From: Thainema sp.
GTDB lineage: Bacteria > Cyanobacteriota > Cyanobacteriia > Phormidesmidales > Phormidesmidaceae
Assembly: GCA_052168235.1 (NCBI GenBank)
Contig: JBQLZK010000040.1
Location: 1 to 64,000, forward strand
Reading direction: 5' to 3'
DNA: 64,000 nucleotides
Positions 8,861 through 18,764 of this stretch are shown one piece after another. Numbering within the stretch: position 1 is the first letter of the stretch; every line of letters begins with the position of its first letter. The position numbers were made by a program, and so were the translations under genes. The notes beneath the pieces are model-generated. The model made no database searches. It saw only the letters and a program-made list of their open reading frames with translations, and was not told the DNA's origin.

Positions 8861-10294
8861 TTAGGCGAACCATTCCTCAACCGCGTCTTCCTTAGTGTTG
8901 GTGCGGCGTTCAGGGGTTTCGCGCTCGAACTTCATGTGGATGGCACGATTTTGCTCACCATCTGCTGCTACGGCCATGATCGGGAAATCGATCAGACCAT
9001 CTTGGAAGGACATCTGGAAGCGGAACGTACCGTCTGGATTGAGTTTGATCGGGCGGCCACCGATGGTTACGGTTGCATCCGGTTCGGTTGCGCCGTAGAC
9101 AATCAGTTCAGCATCGGCAATCAGCCAGAACTTGCGGGGACGAATCGGCGGTGCCGAGGCGGAGAAGCCAACGCCGGACATGCCCATACCGGACATGGTG
9201 TACTCGCCGTAGCCCATCATGCCGACACCAGACATGCCCATGCCCACTCCGGGCATCGTCATACCAGCGCCCGACATGCCCATGCCGACACCAGACATCG
9301 TCATACCAGCACCGGACATGGTCATACCCATACCCATGCCCATGCCAACGCCCATGCCAACACCGGACATGCTCATACCGGCACCGGACATAGACTTCTC
9401 TGCCCACTGACCGACACCAGAGGGGAAGATGAACGAGCTGACGCCAGAGCCAGGCACATGCTGCATGGAGCCATATAGGGAGCCTGCCATCCGCTGGGCT
9501 TCGGCATCCTGAGCCATGTCGTAGATCTTGTCATAGAGCGGATAGGCGCTGCCTGCCATCTGCTTGGCGGGAGGAACCAGCTCCAGGAAGGTCTTGCCAC
9601 GCAGCTCGTCATTCCAATCGACGGAGATGTACTGATCGTCAATCCAATCTGAGGGGTAGACGGGCGGAATGTGTGCGATCGCAGATCGAGCCAGCAGCAA
9701 CCAGCGACCATCGTTGCAGACATAGCCAATTTCAACGACGTAATCGCGATCGCTGACGGGCACAGGCAGATACCACTCACGCGCCATCTCGTCGCACTCG
9801 TACTGCTGCAAGCTGTGGGGAGACTGGTAATCAAGATTGATATCGGTTACGTCACAGAACCGCAGCGCTAAGCGAGAACCGCCCTGACTGCGCAACTGAT
9901 TCTTGTGCTCGATAGGCACATCCCAGTAAGCATAAGCCCACTGCGGATCGCGAGGCATGAGGACAATGCAGCTTTCACCATAACCATCCGGTAGATCCGG
10001 CAAGCCTTCATCGACAGAAGCCAGGGTCTCAGCTGAGAGATCATCCTGACCGACTTCAAATTTTGTTGCTTCCACTTCCTCTTGAGCCTCCACTTCTGCA
10101 CTAGGTACGACGGGAACTGGTGTCGTTGGCATGCTCGTGGGCATAGAGGGAGCCTGTGCTTGCTGAGCTTCCTGAATCGCAACCACAAGCTGGGATTTCC
10201 GCATGCGGCTGTACCGAGAGACACCAAACTCGCTGGCTACCTTACGCAGCTGCCGAAGGGTCATCTCTTCTAGGGGGGGACGTTCTTTAGCCAT
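8861..10294 (-). CDS. DUF4912 protein with Rho-N-terminal-like domain and Met/Gly/Ser repeat tract
   Basis: MAKERPPLEEMTLRQLRKVA..YSRMRKSQL; LMPRDPQWAYAYWD; FWLIADAELIVYGATEPDA; start moved to ATG 10294. Confidence 0.9.
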   Translation of the reverse strand: MAKERPPLEEMTLRQLRKVASEFGVSRYSRMRKSQLVVAIQEAQQAQAPSMPTSMPTTPVPVVPSAEVEAQEEVEATKFEVGQDDLSAETLASVDEGLPDLPDGYGESCIVLMPRDPQWAYAYWDVPIEHKNQLRSQGGSRLALRFCDVTDINLDYQSPHSLQQYECDEMAREWYLPVPVSDRDYVVEIGYVCNDGRWLLLARSAIAHIPPVYPSDWIDDQYISVDWNDELRGKTFLELVPPAKQMAGSAYPLYDKIYDMAQDAEAQRMAGSLYGSMQHVPGSGVSSFIFPSGVGQWAEKSMSGAGMSMSGVGMGVGMGMGMGMTMSGAGMTMSGVGMGMSGAGMTMPGVGMGMSGVGMMGYGEYTMSGMGMSGVGFSASAPPIRPRKFWLIADAELIVYGATEPDATVTIGGRPIKLNPDGTFRFQMSFQDGLIDFPIMAVAADGEQNRAIHMKFERETPERRTNTKEDAVEEWFA

Positions 10295-10719
10295 GATTAG
10301 CCTCCAGACTGGGAACGACAGATGAGAATGAAACGTGTCATAGAAGACTGCTGCGAACCGTATATCTTGAGCCAGCAGACAAACTGATTGAGTCACGAAC
10401 CATGTGTGTTGATCAATTACGGCGATGCACAGGACACAAAAATGTAAAACGTGCGATCGCACATGACTGATCTTGTTCTTGATCCCCATCAGCACTTTGC
10501 CAACTCAAGTTATGAATTTTTGAAGCTCGGGGATCGCTGTTACTTTTGATCATGCAAGAAAAACCCTGTGGGATCAAGGGGTGATCCCTATTCAAATAGG
10601 TATATATACGAATTATCAAGCTTTTGGGGATCGTAATGTCATGGTTTTATGACATTACGATCCCAACTGAGATCAGTAAGTCATAAAACCATGACGTTGT
10701 CTCTACAGCCTAATGATCT

Positions 10720-10758
10720 CCCACTCATCCACCCATTCACCCATCTACCCATCCACCT
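10720..10758. repeat. STRR-like 8-mer tandem repeat
   Basis: cactcatc/cacccatt/cacccatc/tacccatc/cacc. Confidence 0.7.
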
Positions 10759-10832
10759 CCTCAATACCGAAACCGAACAGGATATGAGAGGATCACACTT
10801 ACTGCTTTGTCCTGAGCTATTCGTCCTGAACC

Positions 10833-11669
10833 ATGCCTTCTAATCCCCCATCGCCTTCTCAGTTCCCCGATGAACTTGCAAATCAGTCCGCGCCTGAACC
10901 GATGAATGAGATCCCGGTAGATCTGTCAGCTAACGGTGCAGCAGACGCTAAGCGGGGACTGATTAGCCGAGTATTACCATCTGCGATCGCGCTGTGGCTT
11001 AAGTCGCAGGTTGAGCATGTGGAAGACCTACAGATTCGAATTGAGGGACGCGATCGGCAAATTCTGACGGGGCATATGCCTGAAGTTCAACTCTCGGCCC
11101 GCAAGGCGATTTATCAAGGCATTCACGTCAGCCACATTCAATTAGCGGCCACGGGCATTCGGGTGAATCTGCGGCAAATTCTGCGGGGCAAATCGCTGAC
11201 GCTGCTGGAGGTGATCCCGGTGCAGGGAGAACTGACGGTGACAGAGGCTGACTTGAATGCATCGCTGCTGTCGCCGTTGTTGAAAGATGCGGTGACTGAG
11301 TTTTTGGTGGGTTTACTGCAATCGGGTCATGCCGTCGAGGATCTGGACGATTCGGCTGAACAAATTGAATTACAGGATCTGCAAGTCATGATTGGCGACC
11401 AGCAGTTGACCCTAGGTGCTCAACTCGTGTCAGCCAGTGGCTCAACCACCCCAATCGCCATTCGGACGGGACTAGCGATTCGCGAAGGCTCAATTTTGCA
11501 GCTCATTCAGCCGATTTGGTTGCCCCACCTACGCGCCAAGCGGGGGCTTCCGTTAGATGACCTAGATGGTCATGAGATTCCGTTAGGTACGGATGTGAAT
11601 CTACACAGGCTGTCCTTGGCATCACAACAGCTACTTTGTCAGGGCCAGATTAACGTGATTCCTGCTTAA
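10833..11669 (+). CDS. DUF2993 (LmeA-like) protein
   Basis: ISRVLPSAIALWLKSQVEHVEDLQI..DRQILTG..EADLNASLLSPLL. Confidence 0.85.
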   Translation: MPSNPPSPSQFPDELANQSAPEPMNEIPVDLSANGAADAKRGLISRVLPSAIALWLKSQVEHVEDLQIRIEGRDRQILTGHMPEVQLSARKAIYQGIHVSHIQLAATGIRVNLRQILRGKSLTLLEVIPVQGELTVTEADLNASLLSPLLKDAVTEFLVGLLQSGHAVEDLDDSAEQIELQDLQVMIGDQQLTLGAQLVSASGSTTPIAIRTGLAIREGSILQLIQPIWLPHLRAKRGLPLDDLDGHEIPLGTDVNLHRLSLASQQLLCQGQINVIPA

Positions 11670-11737
11670 AGAACCCAAAAAGCGTTGAGCGCAGTCATGC
11701 ATTGCATGACTGCGCTCAACGCTTTTTGGGTTCTTTA
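11667..11737. repeat. 71-bp perfect palindrome (34-bp arms, ATT loop) between convergent genes
   Basis: TAAAGAACCCAAAAAGCGTTGAGCGCAGTCATGC-ATT-GCATGACTGCGCTCAACGCTTTTTGGGTTCTTTA. Confidence 0.95.
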
Positions 11738-11743
11738 GAGTGC

Positions 11744-12970
11744 TTACGGATCGACCCAGCGACCGTCTGCTTTGATCAGGTTGATCAACTCGGCCACGCC
11801 CTGATCTTCGGGGACGCGCTTGATCTCTTCGCGACCTCGATACAGTGCGATCGTACCGGGTTGTTTGCCGACATACCCATAGTCCGCATCAGCCATCTCA
11901 CCGGGGCCATTCACAATGCAGCCCATAACGGCGATGTCCAGACCCGTAAGATGCTTGGTGGCCTCGCGGACTTCGTGCAGCACATCTTCCAGATTAAATA
12001 ATGTGCGGCCACAGGAGGGACAGGCCACATATTCAACCATTGTTTTCCGCAAGCCCAGCGCCTGCAAAATGCTGTAGCAGACGGGGATTTCCTTCTCTGG
12101 CGCTTCGGTCAGCGAGACGCGAATGGTGTCGCCGATGCCCTCGGCCAGCAGCGTACCGATGCCTGCCGTAGATTTGATTCGACCGTACTCACCGTCGCCT
12201 GCTTCGGTAACGCCCAGGTGCAGCGGGTAGTCCATCCCCAACTCGTCCATGCGCTGCACCATCAGCCGATAGGCAGCCAGCATCACCGGGACGCGGGAGG
12301 CTTTGAGGGAGATCACTAGATTGCGATAGTCTAGCGACTCACAGATGCGAATAAACTCCAGCGCCGACTCAACCATGCCTTCGGGCGTGTCGCCGTAGGT
12401 AAACAGCATCCGCTCCGCCAGGGAACCGTGGTTGACGCCAATCCGCATCGATTTGCCCTGGTCGCGTAGTGAGATGACCAGTGGCTCTAGGGTTTCGCGA
12501 ATTTTCTGGCCGATCTCATCAAATTCGGCTTGGGTATATTCTGTGCGATCGCTCTTTGGCTTTTCGAAGACGTATAGGCCAGGATTAATCCGTACCTTAT
12601 CGACGTGCTTAGCAACCTCTAAGGCAATCTTCATGCCGTTGTGATGCACATCTGCCACGAGGGGAACGAGCTGATAGGTATCGGCGAGCTTTTGTTTGAT
12701 TTCGGCCAAAGCTTTAGCATGAGCCATACTGGGCACGGTTACCCGCACAATTTCGCAGCCCTGTTCATGCAGGCGACGAATCGCGGCCACCGAGCCGTCA
12801 ATATCCAGCGTATCCTCGTTAATCATGGACTGGACGACGACTGGATGGCCGCCGCCAATAGTGACGGAACCAACCGGAACGGGACGGGTCTTGCGGCGAT
12901 GAATGGTGGTATCGGTTAGCGCCGGAGCATCTGAAATTGGTGATGCGGTGGGATTCGACAACGTCTGCAT
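11744..12970 (-). CDS. ispG: (E)-4-hydroxy-3-methylbut-2-enyl-diphosphate synthase
   Basis: [63 protein letters not shown]. Confidence 0.98.
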   Translation of the reverse strand: MQTLSNPTASPISDAPALTDTTIHRRKTRPVPVGSVTIGGGHPVVVQSMINEDTLDIDGSVAAIRRLHEQGCEIVRVTVPSMAHAKALAEIKQKLADTYQLVPLVADVHHNGMKIALEVAKHVDKVRINPGLYVFEKPKSDRTEYTQAEFDEIGQKIRETLEPLVISLRDQGKSMRIGVNHGSLAERMLFTYGDTPEGMVESALEFIRICESLDYRNLVISLKASRVPVMLAAYRLMVQRMDELGMDYPLHLGVTEAGDGEYGRIKSTAGIGTLLAEGIGDTIRVSLTEAPEKEIPVCYSILQALGLRKTMVEYVACPSCGRTLFNLEDVLHEVREATKHLTGLDIAVMGCIVNGPGEMADADYGYVGKQPGTIALYRGREEIKRVPEDQGVAELINLIKADGRWVDP

Positions 12971-13024
12971 AGGAAAGAATCTGACAGGGATTGCCATTAA
13001 ACTTCAGCCTGTGTCCAAGCTAAA

Positions 13025-13119
13025 TATGAAGTCCGGTTGAAACCCAATTTATTTTTGAGAAACGCTTGCGGAGCAAGCGTTTCTCAAAAATAAATTGGGT
13101 TCTCATACGTAGGTTCATA
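13025..13119. mobile_element. Palindromic mini-element family A, copy 1
   Basis: Perfect palindrome 13041-13101 with GC-GGA-GC loop; reverse complement aligns with 16670-16772. Confidence 0.8.
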
Positions 13120-13198
13120 CAAGCAAAACACAGTCTACCTATACAGAGTGCCACAGTTTGGAACCGCTGTGGTAAAGCTTTGGTTATTGTGATTCCCT

Positions 13199-13240
13199 CT
13201 ATTCGTCAATGCCTATTCGTCAATGCCTATTCGTCAATGC
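13199..13240. repeat. Three tandem copies of a 14-mer including the HAD gene stop codon
   Basis: (CTATTCGTCAATGC)x3 = GCATTGACGAATAG on - strand. Confidence 0.9.
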
Positions 13241-14087
13241 CGAGATGAAGTAGCGCAATCTGCTTGCACATACTTTCCACTGCTAAGGTGAGCGACTGCA
13301 TCAGTTCCGAGTTTTCGCTGTAGTCGGCGGGTGCCAGATTGGCGACGCGCTGGCTGGGGCTGATGTGGTATTTCTGGCTCCAGTCCTGGGCTGTACCGTC
13401 TTTATAAACGCCGATTGCGATCCCCTGATGCTCTTGCAGTACGGCAAAACACGGCAGGTCAGAGGTGCCATCACCCACATAGATCACCTGACTAAGGGGA
13501 ACATGGAGCTTCTCTGCCGGAACATCTTGATAGACATAGATTAAGTCGCTGTTGGCCCGCTCATCGATGCCTCTGGACAGGTAGTACAGGTACAGCGGTT
13601 TTTCGGGGTGGCTAACTGAATTTTTCAAAAACGCGATCGCACCGTCTTCGTCATAATGAAACTCACAGCCCCACATGGCCGTGAACTCATGCGCGATCGC
13701 ACTGTGGCGAGCAATCTCCACAAACCCGCTGGTGATTAAGTAAAACTCGACTTCCACATCGGGTACAATCGCTCGCGCGGCTTGGCGCAAGCGGTCAAAC
13801 ATCTCCGGCACGCCGTCAAACGGCTGAATTTGTTGCCCAAACTGAGCAATGTGATCGCGGGTAATCGGCTGATCGCGCCGCCGAGACTCCTGAATCAAGC
13901 TGTAAAACCGAGCTGGAATGCCAGCCCAGCCTGCCTCTTTCAGCGAATCATACTTTTCCCGCCGAAACTGCTGCGCGTCAATCCCCAAAATCTCTAGCAG
14001 CGTATCAAAACTGTCTGGAACCAGCGTGTCATCAAAGTCAAATGCGATCGCAATTCGATTGGCCAGAGGTTTAGTCGCGTAGGGCAT
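13227..14087 (-). CDS. HAD-superfamily hydrolase
   Basis: FDFDDTL motif I, LITSG motif II, YVGDGTSD motif IV. Confidence 0.88.
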   Translation of the reverse strand: MPYATKPLANRIAIAFDFDDTLVPDSFDTLLEILGIDAQQFRREKYDSLKEAGWAGIPARFYSLIQESRRRDQPITRDHIAQFGQQIQPFDGVPEMFDRLRQAARAIVPDVEVEFYLITSGFVEIARHSAIAHEFTAMWGCEFHYDEDGAIAFLKNSVSHPEKPLYLYYLSRGIDERANSDLIYVYQDVPAEKLHVPLSQVIYVGDGTSDLPCFAVLQEHQGIAIGVYKDGTAQDWSQKYHISPSQRVANLAPADYSENSELMQSLTLAVESMCKQIALLHLGIDE

Positions 14088-14257
14088 GACGGATTAGAGA
14101 TAAGCAGCACTCCATCATCGTCGAAGGTGACTCCGATCTTGTCTTGCCGCTACAGATAGATTTTGTCGATTTCATCGGCACCACGACAAACTATGCGATC
14201 GCACTTGCTCCTAACCCTCTCCGCTAAAATGATCAAACAATCGCCCAACACTAACCT

Positions 14258-15088
14258 ATGACTGCCTACGAAATTGAGAATTCTGCCTGGTGGGTGCAGC
14301 AGTGGAACGATCTGCTGAATTCCTATCGGTTCAAAAAGCGCCTGGAGCGGGGACGCCGCTATGCTCGCGAGGGCCACATTCTCAGCATCAAGTTCAAGGG
14401 TTCCAAAGTCGTTGCCAAAGTGCAGGGTACTGCGCCAGAACCCTATGAGCTATATATTTCCATCGACTCATTTTCGGATGAAGACTGGGACTTTGTGATT
14501 GCAACGATGGCGCAGAAGGCAATCTACTCGGCCAAGCTGCTGGCGGGCGAAATGCCGGACGACATTGAAGCGGTGTTTACCTCCAACGGTTTGAGTTTAT
14601 TTCCATTTACGCTGTCCGATGTGCGATCGCGCTGTAGCTGTCCCGATCCCAAAAACCCCTGTAAGCATATTGCGGCGGTTTATTATCAACTGGGTGATTT
14701 CTTCCGGGAAGATCCGTTTGTTCTATTCCAATTACGGGGACGCAGCAAGCAGCAAATCCTAGACGCAATGCGGCAAAAGCGCAGCCAGGCTAGTCAAGCT
14801 AAAGATGAAGATGCGATCGCAACTCCCGATGATTTACCGACAGTTGATCGTGCATCTGAGTTAGCAACGCCGCCACCGGATTTGGAGCATTTTTGGAACT
14901 ATGATCAGCCGCTTGACTCATCGTTAGTGGTGATTACGCCACCCGCAAGCGGTGAAACTGTTTTGGATATTCTGGGTGCACCACCGCTCCCCCCGGCTGA
15001 AGCGAAAACAGTTGTCCAGTATTTGCAGCAGACTTACCAAACCGCCAGCCAACAGGCGATGATGACCGCGTTGAATCGCAACGGATAA
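14258..15088 (+). CDS. SWIM zinc finger protein
   Basis: RLERGRRYAREG, CSCPDPKNPCKHIAAV, DPFVLFQLRG. Confidence 0.92.
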   Translation: MTAYEIENSAWWVQQWNDLLNSYRFKKRLERGRRYAREGHILSIKFKGSKVVAKVQGTAPEPYELYISIDSFSDEDWDFVIATMAQKAIYSAKLLAGEMPDDIEAVFTSNGLSLFPFTLSDVRSRCSCPDPKNPCKHIAAVYYQLGDFFREDPFVLFQLRGRSKQQILDAMRQKRSQASQAKDEDAIATPDDLPTVDRASELATPPPDLEHFWNYDQPLDSSLVVITPPASGETVLDILGAPPLPPAEAKTVVQYLQQTYQTASQQAMMTALNRNG

Positions 15089-15096
15089 ATCATCAT

Positions 15097-15176
15097 TTGC
15101 TGACATCAAAATAAGCGTTTTTTCGCCGCAGTGCGGCGAAAAAACGCTTATTTTGGGTTTTATTCAGTTCAGCAAG
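15097..15176. mobile_element. Palindromic mini-element (TTGCTGA..TCAGCAA ends)
   Basis: 49-bp perfect palindrome 15107-15155, loop GC-AGT-GC. Confidence 0.65.
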
Positions 15177-15187
15177 GAAGAACCAGC

Positions 15188-16099
15188 ATGACCGATTATC
15201 CCCGCGACTTAATTGGCTATGGCCAGCATCCGCCCGATCCAAAGTGGCCAGGGGCAGCGCGATTAGCAGTACAGTTTGTGATCAACTATGAAGAAGGCGG
15301 CGAGAACTGTATTCTGCACGGCGATCCGGCTTCGGAAACGTTTCTCTCCGAGTCCGTTGGCGCTCAGCCGCTGTATGGGGTGCGTAACCTCAACATGGAA
15401 TCGATGTATGAATACGGCAGTCGAGCTGGCTTTTGGCGGCTGCATCGGTTGTTTACCTCGCGAAACCTGCCCGTGACCGTTTACGCTGTGGCGATGGCAC
15501 TGGAGCGGAATCCAGCCGTGGCGGCGGCGATGGTGGCAGCGGGTTGGGAGATTGCCAGCCACGGCTACCGCTGGATTGACTACCAATTTGTGGCACCGGA
15601 AATAGAGCGATCGCACATTCAAACCGCGATTGAGATTCATACCCGCGTCACGGGGAGTCGTCCTTTGGGCTTTTACCAAGGACGAGTCAGTCCAAACACC
15701 CGCCGCCTAGTCGTGGAAGAAGGTGGATTTCTCTACGATGCCGACAGCTACTGTGACGATTTGCCCTACTGGGTACATGACTACGGCCAGCCTCATCTGG
15801 TGATTCCCTACACGCTGGATGTCAACGACATGCGGTTTGCCACCTATCAAGGATTTAACTGCGGCGACCAGTTTTTCACTTATTTGAAAGATGCGTTTGA
15901 TGTACTTTACGCCGAGGGTGAAACGGCGCCCAAAATGATGAGCGTGGGTTTGCACTGTCGGCTGGTGGGACATCCTGGTCGGGCAGCGGCTTTGGCCCGG
16001 TTCTTGGACTATGTGCAGCAGCACGAACAGGTTTGGGTTTGCAGACGTGTAGACATTGCGCGTCACTGGCACGAGCATCATGCCCCAGAAAGCCCCTAA
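15188..16099 (+). CDS. puuE: Allantoinase PuuE (polysaccharide deacetylase fold)
   Basis: YPRDLIGYG, VQFVINYEEGGE, ESMYEYGSRAGFWR, PKMMSVGLHCRLVG. Confidence 0.92.
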   Translation: MTDYPRDLIGYGQHPPDPKWPGAARLAVQFVINYEEGGENCILHGDPASETFLSESVGAQPLYGVRNLNMESMYEYGSRAGFWRLHRLFTSRNLPVTVYAVAMALERNPAVAAAMVAAGWEIASHGYRWIDYQFVAPEIERSHIQTAIEIHTRVTGSRPLGFYQGRVSPNTRRLVVEEGGFLYDADSYCDDLPYWVHDYGQPHLVIPYTLDVNDMRFATYQGFNCGDQFFTYLKDAFDVLYAEGETAPKMMSVGLHCRLVGHPGRAAALARFLDYVQQHEQVWVCRRVDIARHWHEHHAPESP

Positions 16100-16146
16100 T
16101 TCCTGCTGATTCTTAAAGATAGAAAAGCAAAGACAAAAAAGACTGA

Positions 16147-16236
16147 CTAGAGAGGGCCACCGCTAAACTCTGTCAAAATCAGGATGATACCCCAGAAAAA
16201 AATTAAGAGAGTAATGAGTGAAGGTAGCGCATTCAT
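16147..16236 (-). CDS. Possible 29-aa single-pass membrane peptide
   Basis: MNALPSLITLLIFFWGIILILTEFSGGPL; hydrophobic, weak RBS. Confidence 0.35.
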   Translation of the reverse strand: MNALPSLITLLIFFWGIILILTEFSGGPL

Positions 16237-16669
16237 TTTGCTGCTCGCATAGGTGAAGTAAACGTAATAAAGATTTACTCGTTTGCTTCGGTTTATTCGA
16301 GTGAGGATTGCCGAATTGAAGATTTCCCTTTGTCGAGAGTAATTGAGCACATTTAACCTAGGCAGGGCAAACTGATGATGACATGCAATCTGGCTACATG
16401 ACGCCCAGCCAATTTTTGCTGGACTGTTTGTGATTCTTACACTACACCAACAATCAAAGCTGGGTTTCCCTAGCGGATTCGGTGTGACAAGCCATATGTC
16501 TGGGTAACGTCTCTGAGATAGATTGGAAAGAGTCCCAATTTGATTCTGAGGCTGCTGCCGTCTGTATGTGTAGCGCTGTCAGATTGCGTCCAGCACTGAG
16601 TCCTGTCAAACGGCTTGCTGCATGAGCAATTTTGACTTGCCGTTGCCGCTAGCGTTGCGATAACGGCTT

Positions 16670-16772
16670 ATACCAAGTCTGTGTATAAGAACCCGATTTA
16701 TTTTTTGTGAAACGTTTGCTCCGCAAACGTTTCACAAAAAATAAATTATGGGTTTTTAACCTGACTTGATAT
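16670..16772. mobile_element. Palindromic mini-element family A, copy 2
   Basis: Ends ATACCAAGTC..GACTTGATAT; perfect core 16696-16746, loop GC-TCC-GC. Confidence 0.8.
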
Positions 16773-16860
16773 TAACGCTTTGGCTCAGCACGGATGGCGA
16801 CTAATTGACCAAGAGATTTACGTCAAAAGTGATCTTTATCTAATCTCTATCATTTGCATC

Positions 16861-17439
16861 ATGGATCGAATTAAAGAACAAGCGACAAAATTTTGGCAGA
16901 CCGTCTCTGCTCCTGAAACCTTAACGATTTACCAGCAGGCCGCTAGCGTGACCTGGGAAATCATCAAAGAGCTGGCTCTTCTGATTTGGCTCGTCATCTG
17001 CCTGGTGCTGGTGGCCGGGGATTGGTTCTGGAATTTTTCTATTCAAGCGGGGCGCTCTTTCCGCGCATGGCTGAATAGTTTTGAAGAACCCAGCGCCGAT
17101 CGGATTGCGTCTCAGGCTGGTCAGGCCATCGTGACAGCTAGCAAAGGTAGCCTGAACTTTACCTTGTCGAAGGCTAGAACCGAACTCGGTTTACCTGAGC
17201 CTCCGCCCAAGCCCGCTCCGGCTCCTAAGCCGGCTCCGGCCCCTAAGTCGGCTCCTCCTAAACCCCTGGAAAATGCAGCTCCTCCGGCTCCTGCCGCGAC
17301 TGCACCCGTTGCACCTGAGGCACCGACCGTACCGGCGGCACCGAGTCCAACGAAGTCTACAACGTCTGCGGCGGCAACAAAGAAGACAGCAGCAGATGTT
17401 GACGATATGGATGATGACGTTGATGCAGATGCTGAGTAG
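16861..17439 (+). CDS. Hypothetical membrane protein with Pro/Ala-rich and acidic tail
   Basis: MDRIKEQATKFWQT.., one TM helix, PKPAPA repeats. Confidence 0.75.
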   Translation: MDRIKEQATKFWQTVSAPETLTIYQQAASVTWEIIKELALLIWLVICLVLVAGDWFWNFSIQAGRSFRAWLNSFEEPSADRIASQAGQAIVTASKGSLNFTLSKARTELGLPEPPPKPAPAPKPAPAPKSAPPKPLENAAPPAPAATAPVAPEAPTVPAAPSPTKSTTSAAATKKTAADVDDMDDDVDADAE

Positions 17440-17498
17440 GGATTGTTCAAATCAGGCAGCAGTTTAACCCCGATTAGAACCTATCCTGCTCTAAAATT

Positions 17499-17541
17499 CA
17501 AAAACGAAGGAGGCATACGATATATGCCTCCTTCGTTTTTG
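17499..17541 (+). terminator. Long hairpin with T-tract, probable terminator
   Basis: CAAAAACGAAGGAGGCATA-CGATA-TATGCCTCCTTCGTTTTTG. Confidence 0.6.
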
Positions 17542-17559
17542 TGAGTACAGATTTTTTGT

Positions 17560-17653
17560 CTATCGGTAGTCAGCTTTGTTCGGGCACGGATGTTTTTGTG
17601 GCGCGGCTAAGCCGCGCCACAAAAACGTCTTAACCAATGCAACTTGGCTATAG
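17560..17653. mobile_element. Palindromic mini-element family C, copy 1
   Basis: Core GATGTTTTTGTGGCGCGGC-TAA-GCCGCGCCACAAAAACGTC; aligns with 45373-45469; flanked by ATTTTTTGT/ACTTTTTGT. Confidence 0.8.
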
Positions 17654-17660
17654 ACTTTTT

Positions 17661-17755
17661 GTAAGTTGGGTTGAGCAATGCGCAACCCAACTGGCTCTAA
17701 ACTTCAGCGTGTTTAATTGAAAGTATTGGATTAAGGTGGGCACCGCCCACCCTAC
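17661..17755. repeat. GTAG-type REP pair
   Basis: GTAAGTTGGGTTGAGCAATGCGCAACCCAAC and inverted GGTGGGCACCGCCCACCCTAC. Confidence 0.7.
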
Positions 17756-17783
17756 GGATAACGTCAGTCAGTAGAAAGCGACT

Positions 17784-18593
17784 ATGTCAGAGTTGAAAGC
17801 GCTAATTTTTGATGTAGATGGCACGATTGCCGAAACTGAGCGGGATGGGCATCGAGTGGCCTTTAATCAGACTTTTGCAGAAGCGGGGCTTAATTGGGTT
17901 TGGGAGGTGGAGCAGTATGGTCAACTGCTAGAGGTGCCTGGTGGGAAAGAGCGAATGCAGCACTATATCAATCAATCTGCCCTGAATATTGCGCTACCCG
18001 CTGAATTCGAGACGGAATGGGACTGGCTGGTTCACTTACACAAACGCAAAACCCATCACTATCGGCAGCAGATTGAGCAGGGTTTGATTCCCCTGCGTCC
18101 AGGGGTGCTGCGGCTGATGCAGGAAGCGAGAGCGGCAGGGATTCAACTCGCGATCGCAACTACCAGTTCCTATGACAACGCCACATCGCTGCTCAAAATC
18201 CTGCTGGGATCTGAGAGCCTAGATTGGTTTACCGTCATTGCTGCCGGGGATATTGTGCCCAACAAGAAGCCCGCGCCCGATATTTATCTGTATGCGCTGG
18301 ATAAACTTCAGCTGCAACCGGAGCAGTGTTTGGTGTTTGAAGATTCTGCTCAGGGTTTACAGGCTGCGATCGCAGCAGGTCTAACCACCGTCGTGACGCT
18401 CAACGATTACACCCATCATCACGACTTTGCCCAGGCCGCGCTAGTCGTCAATCATCTGGGTGAACTGGAACAGCCATTTGAGATTCAGGTGTGCGACCAA
18501 GAAGTAGCCAACCAGGTGACCAAAACCTATTTTGATCTGGAGCTAGCTCAGCAAATTCTGCGAAACGCGAAAAATTTGAATCGCCTCATTTGA
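17784..18593 (+). CDS. cbbY: CbbY-family HAD phosphatase
   Basis: ALIFDVDGTIAETERDGHRVAFN, GGKERM, AIATTS, KKPAPDIY, FEDS. Confidence 0.9.
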   Translation: MSELKALIFDVDGTIAETERDGHRVAFNQTFAEAGLNWVWEVEQYGQLLEVPGGKERMQHYINQSALNIALPAEFETEWDWLVHLHKRKTHHYRQQIEQGLIPLRPGVLRLMQEARAAGIQLAIATTSSYDNATSLLKILLGSESLDWFTVIAAGDIVPNKKPAPDIYLYALDKLQLQPEQCLVFEDSAQGLQAAIAAGLTTVVTLNDYTHHHDFAQAALVVNHLGELEQPFEIQVCDQEVANQVTKTYFDLELAQQILRNAKNLNRLI

Positions 18594-18764
18594 CCTGCAT
18601 AGGATTGCCATCCTGCCGCTCCTACCCCTGGCAGATAGTTAGACGACAGGTGACTGCCAAACATTATTTTTGTTTGCTCAAATCAAAGTTGGGCTGGATA
18701 GATGGGATACCTGTTGTTAGGAAGGTAGTCTAACCCAGTTCGAGCAAGCGGCAGGAGAGGCGTT

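Noticed and set aside
8780..9478. 232-aa His-rich ORF on + strand
   Set aside because: Antisense shadow of the ATG-rich repeat in the DUF4912 gene (CAT gives His)
13227..15088. HAD + SWIM pair as defence system
   Set aside because: Divergent, HIP1-rich native-looking genes with no SNF2 helicase or nuclease partner nearby
16361..16410. CAGGGCAAAC resembling a c-di-GMP-I riboswitch
   Set aside because: No GNRA-capped P2 or receptor stem
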